This document shows, in pieces, positions 7,554 through 16,731 of a DNA stretch of 25,817 bases (positions within the stretch are counted from its first letter, which is position 1; every line of letters starts with the position of its first letter). The position numbers and the translations under genes were made by a program. This stretch comes from Dehalococcoidia bacterium. Its GTDB lineage: Bacteria > Chloroflexota > Dehalococcoidia > Bin125. Under the pieces are notes generated by a model, which saw only the letters and a list, made by a program, of their open reading frames with translations, did no database searches and was not told the DNA's origin. The stretch lies in NCBI GenBank assembly GCA_963663235.2, contig CAXXNO010000007.1:1-25817 (forward strand), given 5' to 3'.

Positions 7554-7808
7554 CTAGTCCGTCACCTTGTAGACGTGGTCGCCGCGGCGGCACCGGTCCT
7601 GCGCCTTCAGCCCGACCGATACCCCGGGCCCGGCGCGCTCCACGCTGTCGTGCTCGATCTGCATCGAGTCAACAGTCTGCTCCAGGTCCGTCGTGTGCCC
7701 CTTGATGTGGATCGTGTCACCCACCTGCAGCTCGCCGCTGAGGGCGATCCCCACCACGCCGATCTTCGCGTAATACTCATCCACCAGGCCGATTTCGGTT
7801 TCCGCCAC
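7554..7808 (-). CDS. Small translation elongation factor-like beta-barrel protein (EF-Tu domain II / U32 C-terminal-like)
   Basis: IGxVxxYYxKIGV...LQVGDTIHIKGHTTD..QTVDSMQIEH..V..A..G..VGLK; GGAGGA SD. Confidence 0.8.
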   Translation of the reverse strand: MAETEIGLVDEYYAKIGVVGIALSGELQVGDTIHIKGHTTDLEQTVDSMQIEHDSVERAGPGVSVGLKAQDRCRRGDHVYKVTD

Positions 7809-7851
7809 GCTCCCGTCCTCCTTTCCGGCGAACCTCCTCTTCCGGCCGATT

Positions 7852-8124
7852 CTAGCCCAGCCGCTGGCGCATCGCCTCGGCGTATTCGGGGAAGTGGCGC
7901 TCGATCGTGGAGAGGTCGAAGCGCTCCAGGATCGACTCCTTCGGCTCCCGCTCCAGCAAAAACCGGAACGACTCCTCCACCAGCCGGTCGGCCGCCGCGC
8001 CCGCGCCGTAGCGCTCCAGTTCCTCGGCGCTGACCTGCACCGTGTGGCGCGTCCGGCTCGCCCCCTCGCTCACCTCGACTTGGAACTCGTGCGGGTCCAG
8101 CGCGCGCACGCTGATCTCGCTCAT
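7852..8124 (-). CDS. Conserved hypothetical protein
   Basis: AGGAGG SD, normal codon usage, motif ESFRFLLEREPKESILERFDL. Confidence 0.8.
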   Translation of the reverse strand: MSEISVRALDPHEFQVEVSEGASRTRHTVQVSAEELERYGAGAAADRLVEESFRFLLEREPKESILERFDLSTIERHFPEYAEAMRQRLG

Positions 8125-8243
8125 GGCGCCCTCCTGCGCGCAGTCTACGGCCGCTTCCCTCGCTCGGCCTTGACAGAGACGGGACCGCTCTTAGCCTGGG
8201 CGCGACAATCTCGCGATCGGTTCCGCGGAGACACGGTGCGGCG

Positions 8244-9248
8244 ATGCCTGAGATCCTCTTCCTCTCCCGACGTGAGATCGAGCCACTGTTGAGCGTCAGG
8301 GAGGTGCTCGACTACACGGAGCAGGCCAACGGCCTCTTCGTGAAGAGCAAGGCCGGCCAGAACCCCGCCAGCTTCTCCCCCATGGTCGCCTTCCATACCA
8401 AGATCCCCCATAGCGACATCGACTATCGCGCCAGCACCATGGACCCCATCCCCACCCTGTGCTCCACGCTCGGCTTCGGCTACGGCGATAACATGGCCAA
8501 GTACGGCCTCTCCGGCCTCTTCGCCATCGCCGTGCTCTCCAAGCTGGAGACGGGCGAGCCCGTCGCCGTCATGGAAGCCGAGTACCTCGCCAACATGCGC
8601 ACCGGAGCCTCAGCCGTGGTGGCCTCCAAGTATCTCGCCAAGGCCTCACCCGGTCCGCTCGGCTTCGTGGGTACCGGCAACTTGGCCCGCCACATGCTCA
8701 ACGCGCACGTGGAGCACTACGGCGGCGCTGGCGATGTCCGGGCCTGGAGCCGGACCGCCGGCATGCGCCAGCGTTTCGCCGCCGAAATGAGCCAGCGCCA
8801 CGGCCTCACCGTCCGCGCCGTCGAAACGCCGGAGGAAGCGGTGCGCGGCGCCGACGTCGTCTATTGCAGCAGCCGCTCCACCGAGCCGTGCGTGATGGCG
8901 CCCTGGGTCGCGCCCGGCGCCCACGTCAACGCCTACGGCTCCGACGCCCCCGGCAAGCAGGAGATCGACCCCAACCTCCTCACCCGAGCGAAGATCGTGG
9001 TCGACAGCTTGGAGCAGTGCAAGATCGGCGGCGATATCCACAAGCCGCTCGCCGACGGCACACTCACCGAGGCCGATGTCTACGCCGAGCTCGGGGAGAT
9101 CGTCAACGGGGCCAAGCCCGGCCGCGAAAATGATGCCGAGATCACCGTCATGGACTCCACCGGCCTCTCCGCGATCGATGTCATGGTCTTCCACCACGCC
9201 TACGAGCGCGCCGCGGAGCGCGGCGTCGGCTCGCGCCTGGAGCTGTAG
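8244..9248 (+). CDS. Ornithine cyclodeaminase / mu-crystallin family protein
   Basis: ETGEPVAVME..YL..MRTGA...VASKYLA, GFVGTGNLA, GAHVNAYGSDAPGKQE, ITVMDSTGLSAID. Confidence 0.92.
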   Translation: MPEILFLSRREIEPLLSVREVLDYTEQANGLFVKSKAGQNPASFSPMVAFHTKIPHSDIDYRASTMDPIPTLCSTLGFGYGDNMAKYGLSGLFAIAVLSKLETGEPVAVMEAEYLANMRTGASAVVASKYLAKASPGPLGFVGTGNLARHMLNAHVEHYGGAGDVRAWSRTAGMRQRFAAEMSQRHGLTVRAVETPEEAVRGADVVYCSSRSTEPCVMAPWVAPGAHVNAYGSDAPGKQEIDPNLLTRAKIVVDSLEQCKIGGDIHKPLADGTLTEADVYAELGEIVNGAKPGRENDAEITVMDSTGLSAIDVMVFHHAYERAAERGVGSRLEL

Positions 9249-9250
9249 CC

Positions 9251-10966
9251 ATGCCACCGCCCACGTGGCCCGAGACCGGCCTGATCATCGACCGCGACGT
9301 CCCCATCCCCATGCGCAACGGCGAGATCCTTCGCGCCACCATCCACCGCCCCGCCGTCGACCACCCCGTCCCTGCGCTCCTCCTGCGGCTCCCGTATAAC
9401 AAGGAGATCGCCCAGTCGTACGTCTACGGCTCACCCGCCTGGTATGCCCGCCTCGGCTATGCCGTCGTCGTGCAGGACACCCGCGGCTGCTTCGCCTCCG
9501 AAGGCGAGTTCTACCCCCTCCGCCACGACGACACCGACGGCTTCGATACCGTCGAGTGGTGCGCCGCCCAGCCGTTCTGCAACGGCAAGGTCGGGACCTA
9601 CGGTTTCTCCTACTCGGGCATCAACCAACTGCTCGCCGCGTCCGAGCGCCCTCCCCATCTCACCGCGATCACCCCCGGCTTCGCACCCAGCGAGCTCTAC
9701 GACGGCTGGATGTACGTCGGCGGCGCCTTCGCCCTCAGCGCCCAGGCCCATTGGGCCGTCGTGCTGGGGCCCGGGGCCGCCGAGCGCCACGCCGACTCCG
9801 CCGCGCTCGCGCGCGTCCGCGACGCCCACCTTTCCGTCGGGAAGTGGCACCCAACCCTCGCTCTGCAGGATCTCCCGCTCCTCAGCGACGATCTCTTCCC
9901 CTTCTTCGCCGACTACCTCAACCACCCTTCCCGTGACGGCTTCTGGAGCGATTGGGACCTTGAGGCCCGCTATTTCCGCATCGAGACTCCGGCGCTGCAC
10001 ATCGGCGGCTGGTACGACACGTTCGTTCCCGACACCATCCAAAACTACGAGCGCCTCGCTCAGATGGGCCGCGCCGAGCAACGCCTGCTGATCGGGCCCT
10101 GGTACCACTTCCCCTGGACCGCGACGGTGGGCGACATCGACTACGGGGAGGAAGCCCTCAACTCCGTCAACGAGTACGCGCTCGCCTGGTTCGACGCACA
10201 CCTCAAAGACGACCGCCGCCGGCTGGACTCCCTGCCCCCTGTCCGGATCTTCCTCCTCGGCGAGAGCCGCTGGTTGGACCTGGACGCCTGGCCGCCGCCG
10301 AACGAGCCCCGCCCCTTCTACTTGCACAGCACCGGCTCGGCCTACCTCCTCACCGGCGAAGGCGCCCTCGACTCCACGCCCCCCGCCGACGAGCCCCCCG
10401 ACTTCTTCATCTATGACCCCCACGACCCCGTCCCCAGCCTCGGCGGTCGCTCCGGCTACGACCCGCAAACCACGCCGATGGGCCCTGTCGATCAACGCCT
10501 CGTGGAGCAGCGCAACGACGTGCTGCTCTTCACCTCGCAACCCCTCTCCGAGCCCCTCCGCCTCATCGGCCACGTACACGCCCGGATCTGGGCGGCCACC
10601 ACCGCCGTCGACACCGACTTCACCGTCAAGCTCTGCGATGTCCACCCAGACGGCCGGTCCATCAACCTGTGCGAGGGCATCCTGCGCGGCCGCTACCGCG
10701 AATCGCGCGAGTCCGAGCAGCTGCTAGAGCCGCACCGCGTCTACGAGTTCCCCATCGACCTCGGCGTCACCGCTGCCACCATCGCCGCGGGCCACCGTCT
10801 CCGCGTCCAGGTCTCCAGCAGCAACTACCCCACCTTTGACCGCAATTCCAACAGCGGCGGCGTCATCGCGCGGGACGGCGCAATGCAACTCGTCCCCGCG
10901 ACCCAGGCCGTCTTCCACGACGCGCGCTACCCCTCCCACCTCGTCCTCCCCGTCGCCGCCCCCTGA
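9251..10966 (+). CDS. CocE/NonD family hydrolase
   Basis: RLPYNK, QDTRG...SEGEF, GFSYSG (Ser), GGWYD (Asp), IGPWYH (His), C-terminal GHRLRVQVSSSNYP. Confidence 0.95.
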   Translation: MPPPTWPETGLIIDRDVPIPMRNGEILRATIHRPAVDHPVPALLLRLPYNKEIAQSYVYGSPAWYARLGYAVVVQDTRGCFASEGEFYPLRHDDTDGFDTVEWCAAQPFCNGKVGTYGFSYSGINQLLAASERPPHLTAITPGFAPSELYDGWMYVGGAFALSAQAHWAVVLGPGAAERHADSAALARVRDAHLSVGKWHPTLALQDLPLLSDDLFPFFADYLNHPSRDGFWSDWDLEARYFRIETPALHIGGWYDTFVPDTIQNYERLAQMGRAEQRLLIGPWYHFPWTATVGDIDYGEEALNSVNEYALAWFDAHLKDDRRRLDSLPPVRIFLLGESRWLDLDAWPPPNEPRPFYLHSTGSAYLLTGEGALDSTPPADEPPDFFIYDPHDPVPSLGGRSGYDPQTTPMGPVDQRLVEQRNDVLLFTSQPLSEPLRLIGHVHARIWAATTAVDTDFTVKLCDVHPDGRSINLCEGILRGRYRESRESEQLLEPHRVYEFPIDLGVTAATIAAGHRLRVQVSSSNYPTFDRNSNSGGVIARDGAMQLVPATQAVFHDARYPSHLVLPVAAP

Positions 10967-11109
10967 CGCAGTCGACGTAATCTCACAGCCCCGGACGGCT
11001 CCCCCGCCGGCGCGCGCGCCGCTCGCGGAACGGTCGACATGCGGTCATAGTGAGTCCCGCGGGAACGCCGGAATCACGGGGTCGCGCCCGGCCTTGCGGG
11101 AGGGAACAC

Positions 11110-12192
11110 ATGGCGATCGTCGCTGCAACGTTCTGGAACAACGACGCCGCGGATTGGATCATCGCTGCCGGCATCGCCGCCGGCGTCGCGGTGGGCATCC
11201 TGGTGGGCCGCATCGTCGCCCGGATGATCATCGCTCGGATCATGAGCCGCCGGGAGAGCGGCGTGCTCGCCTTCGTGCGTGAGCTGCTCGGCAAGAACAC
11301 CAATATCTTCGCGCTGCTGGTCGGCATCTTCTTCGGCTCGCTGGTTCTCGATCTCCCCGGCGAGGTCGATGACGTCATCCGCGCCACGATGGCCGTTGTG
11401 CTCCTCGTCTGGATAGGCGTGTGGGGCAATGTCGCCATCAGCTTCTGGACGCGCCGGCGCCAGCAGAAGGAGGGCGTCGCCCGCCAGGAGCTCGGGGCTC
11501 TGATGGCGCTGCGCTTCATCGCCCGCCTCGCCCTCTGGACGATGCTTGCACTCGTCGCTCTCCAGAACGTCGGCGTCGAGGTGACCGCGCTCGTCGCCGG
11601 CCTCGGCATCAGCGGCATCGCCATCGCCTTGGCGGCGCAGAGCATCCTCGCCGACCTCTTCGCCTCCTTTGCCATCCTCTTCGATAAACCGTTCGTGGTC
11701 GGCGACTTCATCATCGTTGATGAATACCTGGGCTCCGTGGAGCACGTCGGCATCAAAACCACCCGCCTCCAAAGCCTCTCGGGCGAGCAGATCGTCTTCT
11801 CCAATAGCGACCTCCTCGGGAGTCGCATCCGCAACTACAAGCTCATGCGCGAGCGCCGCATCGTCTTCGCCTTCGGTGTCGTCTACGAGACGTCCTACGA
11901 AAAACTGGAGGCCGTGCCGGGGATGGTCAGGGAGATCGTCGAGGCGCGGGACAACGTCCGCCTTGATCGCGTGCACTTCAAAGAATACGGCGACTTCTCC
12001 CTCAACTTTGAGGTGGTCTACTACGTCCTCAGCCCCGACTACACCGTCTATATGGACGCGCAGCAGGCGATAAACCTAGCCATCTTCCGCCGCTTCGAGG
12101 AGGAGGGCATCATCTTCGCCTACCCGACGCAGACGCTCTACGTAAATCGCCAGGAGCCGCAATCGACTCCTCTCCCCGCCGAAGCCCGCTAG
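11110..12192 (+). CDS. Small-conductance mechanosensitive channel (MscS family)
   Basis: ALVAGLGISGIAIALAAQ, DKPFVVGDFI, GSVEHVGIKTTRL, FAYPTQ; ATG 11110 with GGAGG SD. Confidence 0.95.
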   Translation: MAIVAATFWNNDAADWIIAAGIAAGVAVGILVGRIVARMIIARIMSRRESGVLAFVRELLGKNTNIFALLVGIFFGSLVLDLPGEVDDVIRATMAVVLLVWIGVWGNVAISFWTRRRQQKEGVARQELGALMALRFIARLALWTMLALVALQNVGVEVTALVAGLGISGIAIALAAQSILADLFASFAILFDKPFVVGDFIIVDEYLGSVEHVGIKTTRLQSLSGEQIVFSNSDLLGSRIRNYKLMRERRIVFAFGVVYETSYEKLEAVPGMVREIVEARDNVRLDRVHFKEYGDFSLNFEVVYYVLSPDYTVYMDAQQAINLAIFRRFEEEGIIFAYPTQTLYVNRQEPQSTPLPAEAR

Positions 12193-12306
12193 CGCGGCGC
12201 AGCGGCACGCCCCCTGCGCGCGGTCGCCCCCCTACGTGCGACCGCCCAAAGCCGCGGCTGGCCGCTCCCCGCGCCTACCCGGCGCGATGCCTCATAGCAG
12301 TCGGGC

Positions 12307-13590
12307 CTAGCCCAGCGCGCCCTGCTTGGCCAGAACCACAACCTCGTCCTGCCAGGAGTCGCTGTCGCGGCGCATCGCGTCCATGACCCCCAGGTCGTCC
12401 CGCTTCACCGCGCCGCCTTGCACCACCCCCACGACCCCCGTCTGCGTCAGCCGGATGTCCGCCAGCGGGTCTCCGTCCAGGATCACGAAGTCCGCCATCT
12501 TCCCCACCTCGATCGACCCCACGTGCTCGTCGATCCGGATCGCCTTCGCCGCCTCTAGGGCGGCGCTCGTCAGCGCGCTGATCGGCTTCATGCCGCAGCG
12601 CACGTAGCAGTCCAGCTCCAGCATGTTGTCCCCGTGCACCCGCGCTTCGTTCCCCCCACAGTCCGACCCCATCCCGATCTTCACGCCCATCTGCACCGCC
12701 ATCGCGTGCCGGTCGAAGATCGACTGTTCGTCCGCGGCCATCATCACGGCCCAGGGCATCTCCAGCCCCGGCCCCTTGTAGATGATGTCCACCACGTTGC
12801 CCAGCGTCGGGATCAGGTACGTCCCCTGCTTCAGCATGTTGGCGCAGTTCTCTTCGCTGATGTACCAGCCGTGCTCCAGCGTATCCACCCCGGATGTCAC
12901 CACGTTGTTGACGCCCTCGTGCCCCATCGCGTGCGCCGCCGTGCGACGGCCCAGCCGCTTCGCCTCCGCGAACGCCGCCGCCACCTCGTCTTTGGTGAAC
13001 TGCGCGCTATCCCACTCCCCGCCGGTCTCCGGCCCGTCGGAGCTGATCGTCTTCACGACGTCCACCTTGTTCGCCACCAGCTCCCGCACTCGCCGGATGA
13101 CGGCCGTCACTCCGTCCGCCTCGTGGCCGGCATCCAGAAAGGCCCCGTGCCCGCCCGTCATGCAGACCCCGGGGCCCGATGCGACGATCCGCGGCCCCTC
13201 GATCTGCCCCCGCGCCTGCGCACGCTTCATCCGGACGTCCAGGTAGTCCCGCGCCGCCGTGTCCCGCGCCGACGTGATCCCCGCTTGCAACGTCTTCCGC
13301 GCCGCCTCCACCGAATCCAGCACCGCCTCGACGATCGACTGCTCCATCTTGAAGGACTTGGCTTCGTCTCCGTAGCCCCGCTCGCAGTCCCCGCTCGTGA
13401 TGTGATCGTGCAGGTCGATGAACCCCGGCAGCAGCGACCGCCCCTGCAGGTCCACGGTCACGTCCGCCGAGATGCTGCTCCCGTCCGTCCGCACCTCGGT
13501 GATCCGCCCCTTCTCGACCTTCACGCTCCCCTTGTCGAAGTCCCGGCCGTCGCCGGTGAACAGATGCGCTCCCACGAAGGCGGTTGACAT
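12307..13590 (-). CDS. Metal-dependent amidohydrolase (Xaa-Pro dipeptidase-like)
   Basis: LLPGFIDLHDH, DVVK, AAHAMG, LEHG, GSD and IEVGKMADFVILDGDPL; start ATG 13590. Confidence 0.93.
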   Translation of the reverse strand: MSTAFVGAHLFTGDGRDFDKGSVKVEKGRITEVRTDGSSISADVTVDLQGRSLLPGFIDLHDHITSGDCERGYGDEAKSFKMEQSIVEAVLDSVEAARKTLQAGITSARDTAARDYLDVRMKRAQARGQIEGPRIVASGPGVCMTGGHGAFLDAGHEADGVTAVIRRVRELVANKVDVVKTISSDGPETGGEWDSAQFTKDEVAAAFAEAKRLGRRTAAHAMGHEGVNNVVTSGVDTLEHGWYISEENCANMLKQGTYLIPTLGNVVDIIYKGPGLEMPWAVMMAADEQSIFDRHAMAVQMGVKIGMGSDCGGNEARVHGDNMLELDCYVRCGMKPISALTSAALEAAKAIRIDEHVGSIEVGKMADFVILDGDPLADIRLTQTGVVGVVQGGAVKRDDLGVMDAMRRDSDSWQDEVVVLAKQGALG

Positions 13591-13862
13591 CTCGGCCCCT
13601 TTCCGCTCCGGGCCCCTCCCGGAGCATGCCTTGCGCGCGAATTCTACTCGCTTCTGGCGCCCCAAAAGGTGGCGACGCGCGACGGCTACAATCGACGACG
13701 CCGCAACTGCCTCTGCGCTGGCGGCGCTCGGCTGACCTGACACGGCGTCCTGCCCCTCCCCCTTTCTTCCACGATCGCTCGGGACCGGGAGAGACGCCTT
13801 CCGCCACCCTGGACGCACCCGCTAACCTGCGCCCGCACCCCGCTTCCCACTGGAGGACACCC

Positions 13863-14795
13863 ATGAGCAAGGCACACTTCGGCGTGATGGTCCCGCAGTT
13901 CAAGCGCACTTGGGAGGAGAGCCGCCGCGCCGCTCTCGACTTCGAGGCCATGGGCTTCGACTCCCTCTGGGTCAACGATCACCTCTACGGCGCGACCGCG
14001 CCGGAGATCCCCGTGCTCGAGGCTTGGTCGCTCCTTGCCGCTCTCGCCCCCATCACCGAGCGCGTGGAGCTCGGCACGCTCGTCACACCCGCGGGCATGC
14101 GCAACCCCGCTCACCTCGGCAAGGTCATCGCCTCCGTCGATAGCATGAGCGGCGGTCGCGTCATCCCCGGCTTGGGCGCTGGCTGGATGGAGCGCGAGTT
14201 CACGGACTTCGGCATGCCCTTCCTCTCCCTGCCCCAGCGCTTGGAACAGATGCAGGAGACCGTTCGCTTCCTCCGGCGGCTCTGGTCGGAGGAGGCGGTC
14301 ACGTTCGAGGGCAAGTACGTGCACGCCACGGATCTGATCTGCGAGCCCAAGCCGGAGCGCGTTCCGCCCATCCTGATCGGCGGCGGCGGCGAGAAGCTCG
14401 CCCTCCGCATCGTCGCCGAAGAGGCGACCTTCTGGAACAACTCCGCCCGCAACCAGAACCTTCTCGAACAGAAATCGCAGGTCTTGCGCAAGCACTGCGA
14501 CGCCATCGGGCGCAAGTTCGATGAGATCACTGTCTCCCAACAGTGCGTGGTCACGATCGCGCCGGACGATTCCGCCCTTGGCCCCATGGTCGAGAAGGCC
14601 CAGCGTATCTACGGGGGCCACATGGGCGATCCGGCCGGACCGATCGCCCTCACCGGCACGCCCGAGACGGTCCGCGAGCGCATCCAGGGCCACATCGACC
14701 TCGGCTGCTCGATGTTCATGATGGAGTTCTTCGGCCGCGACACACGCGAGCCGGCCGGCCTCTTCGCGGAGACGGTCCTGCCGCACTTCCGTTGA
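13863..14795 (+). CDS. LLM-class flavin-dependent oxidoreductase (possibly F420-dependent)
   Basis: GFDSLWVNDH, TERVELGTLVT, SGGR..GLGAGW..EF, PPILIGGGGEK; GGAGG SD before ATG 13863. Confidence 0.93.
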   Translation: MSKAHFGVMVPQFKRTWEESRRAALDFEAMGFDSLWVNDHLYGATAPEIPVLEAWSLLAALAPITERVELGTLVTPAGMRNPAHLGKVIASVDSMSGGRVIPGLGAGWMEREFTDFGMPFLSLPQRLEQMQETVRFLRRLWSEEAVTFEGKYVHATDLICEPKPERVPPILIGGGGEKLALRIVAEEATFWNNSARNQNLLEQKSQVLRKHCDAIGRKFDEITVSQQCVVTIAPDDSALGPMVEKAQRIYGGHMGDPAGPIALTGTPETVRERIQGHIDLGCSMFMMEFFGRDTREPAGLFAETVLPHFR

Positions 14796-14844
14796 GTCGC
14801 GCGCGGATGACACCCCGCGGGCGAGATCGGTGCCCCCGCCCCGC

Positions 14845-15393
14845 CTAGGGTTGTGGCCGAGCGCCTTCGCGCTCCAGCAGCCTTCGCTTCACGGCGGGAC
14901 CGCCGCTCGAGTATTCCCCCATGCCGCCGTCCGCCCGGACAACGCGATGACAGGGAATGAGCGGCGCAAAGGGGTTCCGCGCCAGCGCCGTGCCCACCGC
15001 CCGCGCCGCGCCCGGCGCTCCGATCTCGCGCGCCACCCAGCCGTAGGCCCGCACCTCGCCGGCCGGGATCCGCGCCGTCGCTTCCAGCACTCGACGCTGA
15101 AACGGCCGCAGGCGGGCCAGGTCCAGGGCGGCGCTGGCGCCGGGTCCCCGCAGGCTCTCCAGGACGGCGTCGCGGATCGCCGCGGGCGGTGTCTCGTCCC
15201 AGATCGGTACGGTGCCCGTCTCCCGCGCCACGGCGGCCCCGAACCCTTCGATGTCGCCGTCCAGCGCGCTCTGCACGATCACCCCGTCGGCGTACGCCAC
15301 CACCACCCCCCCGATGCGCGTGGCGACACGCGCACACCGCCACTCGGGACCCGGCCGCCTCGTCGCGCTACTCGTGGCCTTCCTCCAACTCAC
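14845..15393 (-). CDS. ogt: Methylated-DNA--protein-cysteine methyltransferase (start uncertain)
   Basis: IPAGEVRAYG, AARAVGTALARNP, active-site PCHRV, KRRLLERE. Confidence 0.92.
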   Translation of the reverse strand: MSWRKATSSATRRPGPEWRCARVATRIGGVVVAYADGVIVQSALDGDIEGFGAAVARETGTVPIWDETPPAAIRDAVLESLRGPGASAALDLARLRPFQRRVLEATARIPAGEVRAYGWVAREIGAPGAARAVGTALARNPFAPLIPCHRVVRADGGMGEYSSGGPAVKRRLLEREGARPQP

Positions 15394-16537
15394 GCAGCAC
15401 TTCTTCGGTGTGCTGGCCCAGCGTCGGCGCGCCGGTCCGGATCTGGCGCGGGAACGTGCGGAACTGCGCCGGGCTGTCCACCGTTCGCACCGGCCGGTTG
15501 ATCCGCGGGTCGATGTAGGTGGGAAACGTCCCCAGCGCTTCGTACTGCGGGTCGCGCTGCGCCGACTCGATATCGTTCATCGCTTCCCACACCAGCTCGT
15601 GCCGATCGAAGATCGGCCGCCACTCCTCCAGCGTCCGCTTGCGAAACTCCCCGTCCAGGATCGCGGTCAGCGCCCGCGTGTGCTCGGCCCGCAACTCCAG
15701 CGTCATGAAGCGAGGGTCGGCCAGCAGTTCCTCCCGCTCCAGCGCGAGACAGATCCCGGGCCAGTGCCGGTCTGACTGGAAACACGCCAGCATGATCCAC
15801 CGCCCGTCGCCCAACTCGTACGAGTTGAACAGCGGGCTCCGCGGCGCTTCCCGGCTGTGGCGTTCCGCTGCGACGCCGCCTTGCAGGAGGTTGGCATGGT
15901 CGATGGACAGCACGAACGCTCCCACCGCCGACAGCGACACGTGCACGAACTCCCCCTCGCCCGTCTGCACTCGACGGTACAGCGCCGCCAGGGCGGCCGC
16001 CGCGGCGGTGATGGCGGTCGGGTAGTCCCCGTTCGCCGCCCGAGGCAGCACCGGCGGCTGCCCCGGCTCGCCCACGATCATCCCGAATCCGGCCTTCGAC
16101 CAGTACGCGGAGTAGTCGAAGCCCGGTCGCTCGCGGTCCGGACCCTCCAGTCCGAAGCCGGTGACCTGCACGTAGATCAGCGCTTCGTTGCGCGGCCGCA
16201 GGTCGCCCTCGCTCATCCCCAGGGCATCGATCGCCGCCTGCCGCATGTTGGTCACGAAGATGTCCGCCCGCGCGATCAGTGCGTACGCCTTGGCCCGCTC
16301 CGCTGGCTGCTTCAGATCCAGCACTACGCTGCGCTTGCCTCGATTCGGCACTTCGAACGCTGGCGACTCCATCCCCTCGATCGCTGGCGCCAGCGCGTTG
16401 TATCGCCAGGCGTCCCCCTCCGGCGCTTCGATCTTGATCACGTCCGCGCCCCAGTCGGCCATCAGCATCCCCACCGCTGGGCCGGCCACCCAGCCGGCCA
16501 GCTCCACAACGCGTATTCCCGTGAGCGGTCCGTCCAT
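15368..16537 (-). CDS. CaiB/BaiF family (class III) CoA-transferase
   Basis: PLTGIRVVELA, DWGADVIKIE, NRGKRSVVLDLK, GD motif, APTLGQHTEEVL; GGAGGAGG SD before ATG 16537. Confidence 0.95.
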   Translation of the reverse strand: MDGPLTGIRVVELAGWVAGPAVGMLMADWGADVIKIEAPEGDAWRYNALAPAIEGMESPAFEVPNRGKRSVVLDLKQPAERAKAYALIARADIFVTNMRQAAIDALGMSEGDLRPRNEALIYVQVTGFGLEGPDRERPGFDYSAYWSKAGFGMIVGEPGQPPVLPRAANGDYPTAITAAAAALAALYRRVQTGEGEFVHVSLSAVGAFVLSIDHANLLQGGVAAERHSREAPRSPLFNSYELGDGRWIMLACFQSDRHWPGICLALEREELLADPRFMTLELRAEHTRALTAILDGEFRKRTLEEWRPIFDRHELVWEAMNDIESAQRDPQYEALGTFPTYIDPRINRPVRTVDSPAQFRTFPRQIRTGAPTLGQHTEEVLRELEEGHE

Positions 16538-16623
16538 CGCTGCCTCCTCCGCAAGGGGCTCGCCTCCGCCGCAGCCTAGCGCGAACGCGGCTGCGCTACG
16601 CAGGCGGAGCAACATTGCTTGCT

Positions 16624-16671
16624 GGTGCAACTACTTGCGGAAGGCTATGGACGAAGGTGCAACTGTTTGCA
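16624..16671. promoter_or_regulatory. Tandem palindromic operator-like boxes (candidate metal-responsive repressor sites)
   Basis: GGTGCAACTACTTGCG (16624) and GGTGCAACTGTTTGCA (16656), i.e. TGCAA-N4-TTGCR twice, 32 bp apart, in an AT-richer patch upstream of the metal ABC operon. Confidence 0.6.
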
Positions 16672-16731
16672 ATACTCCCCTGGGACACCCTGGGACTGGG
16701 GCCGGCGCGGTCCTCGAACGGCTGGACCCTT

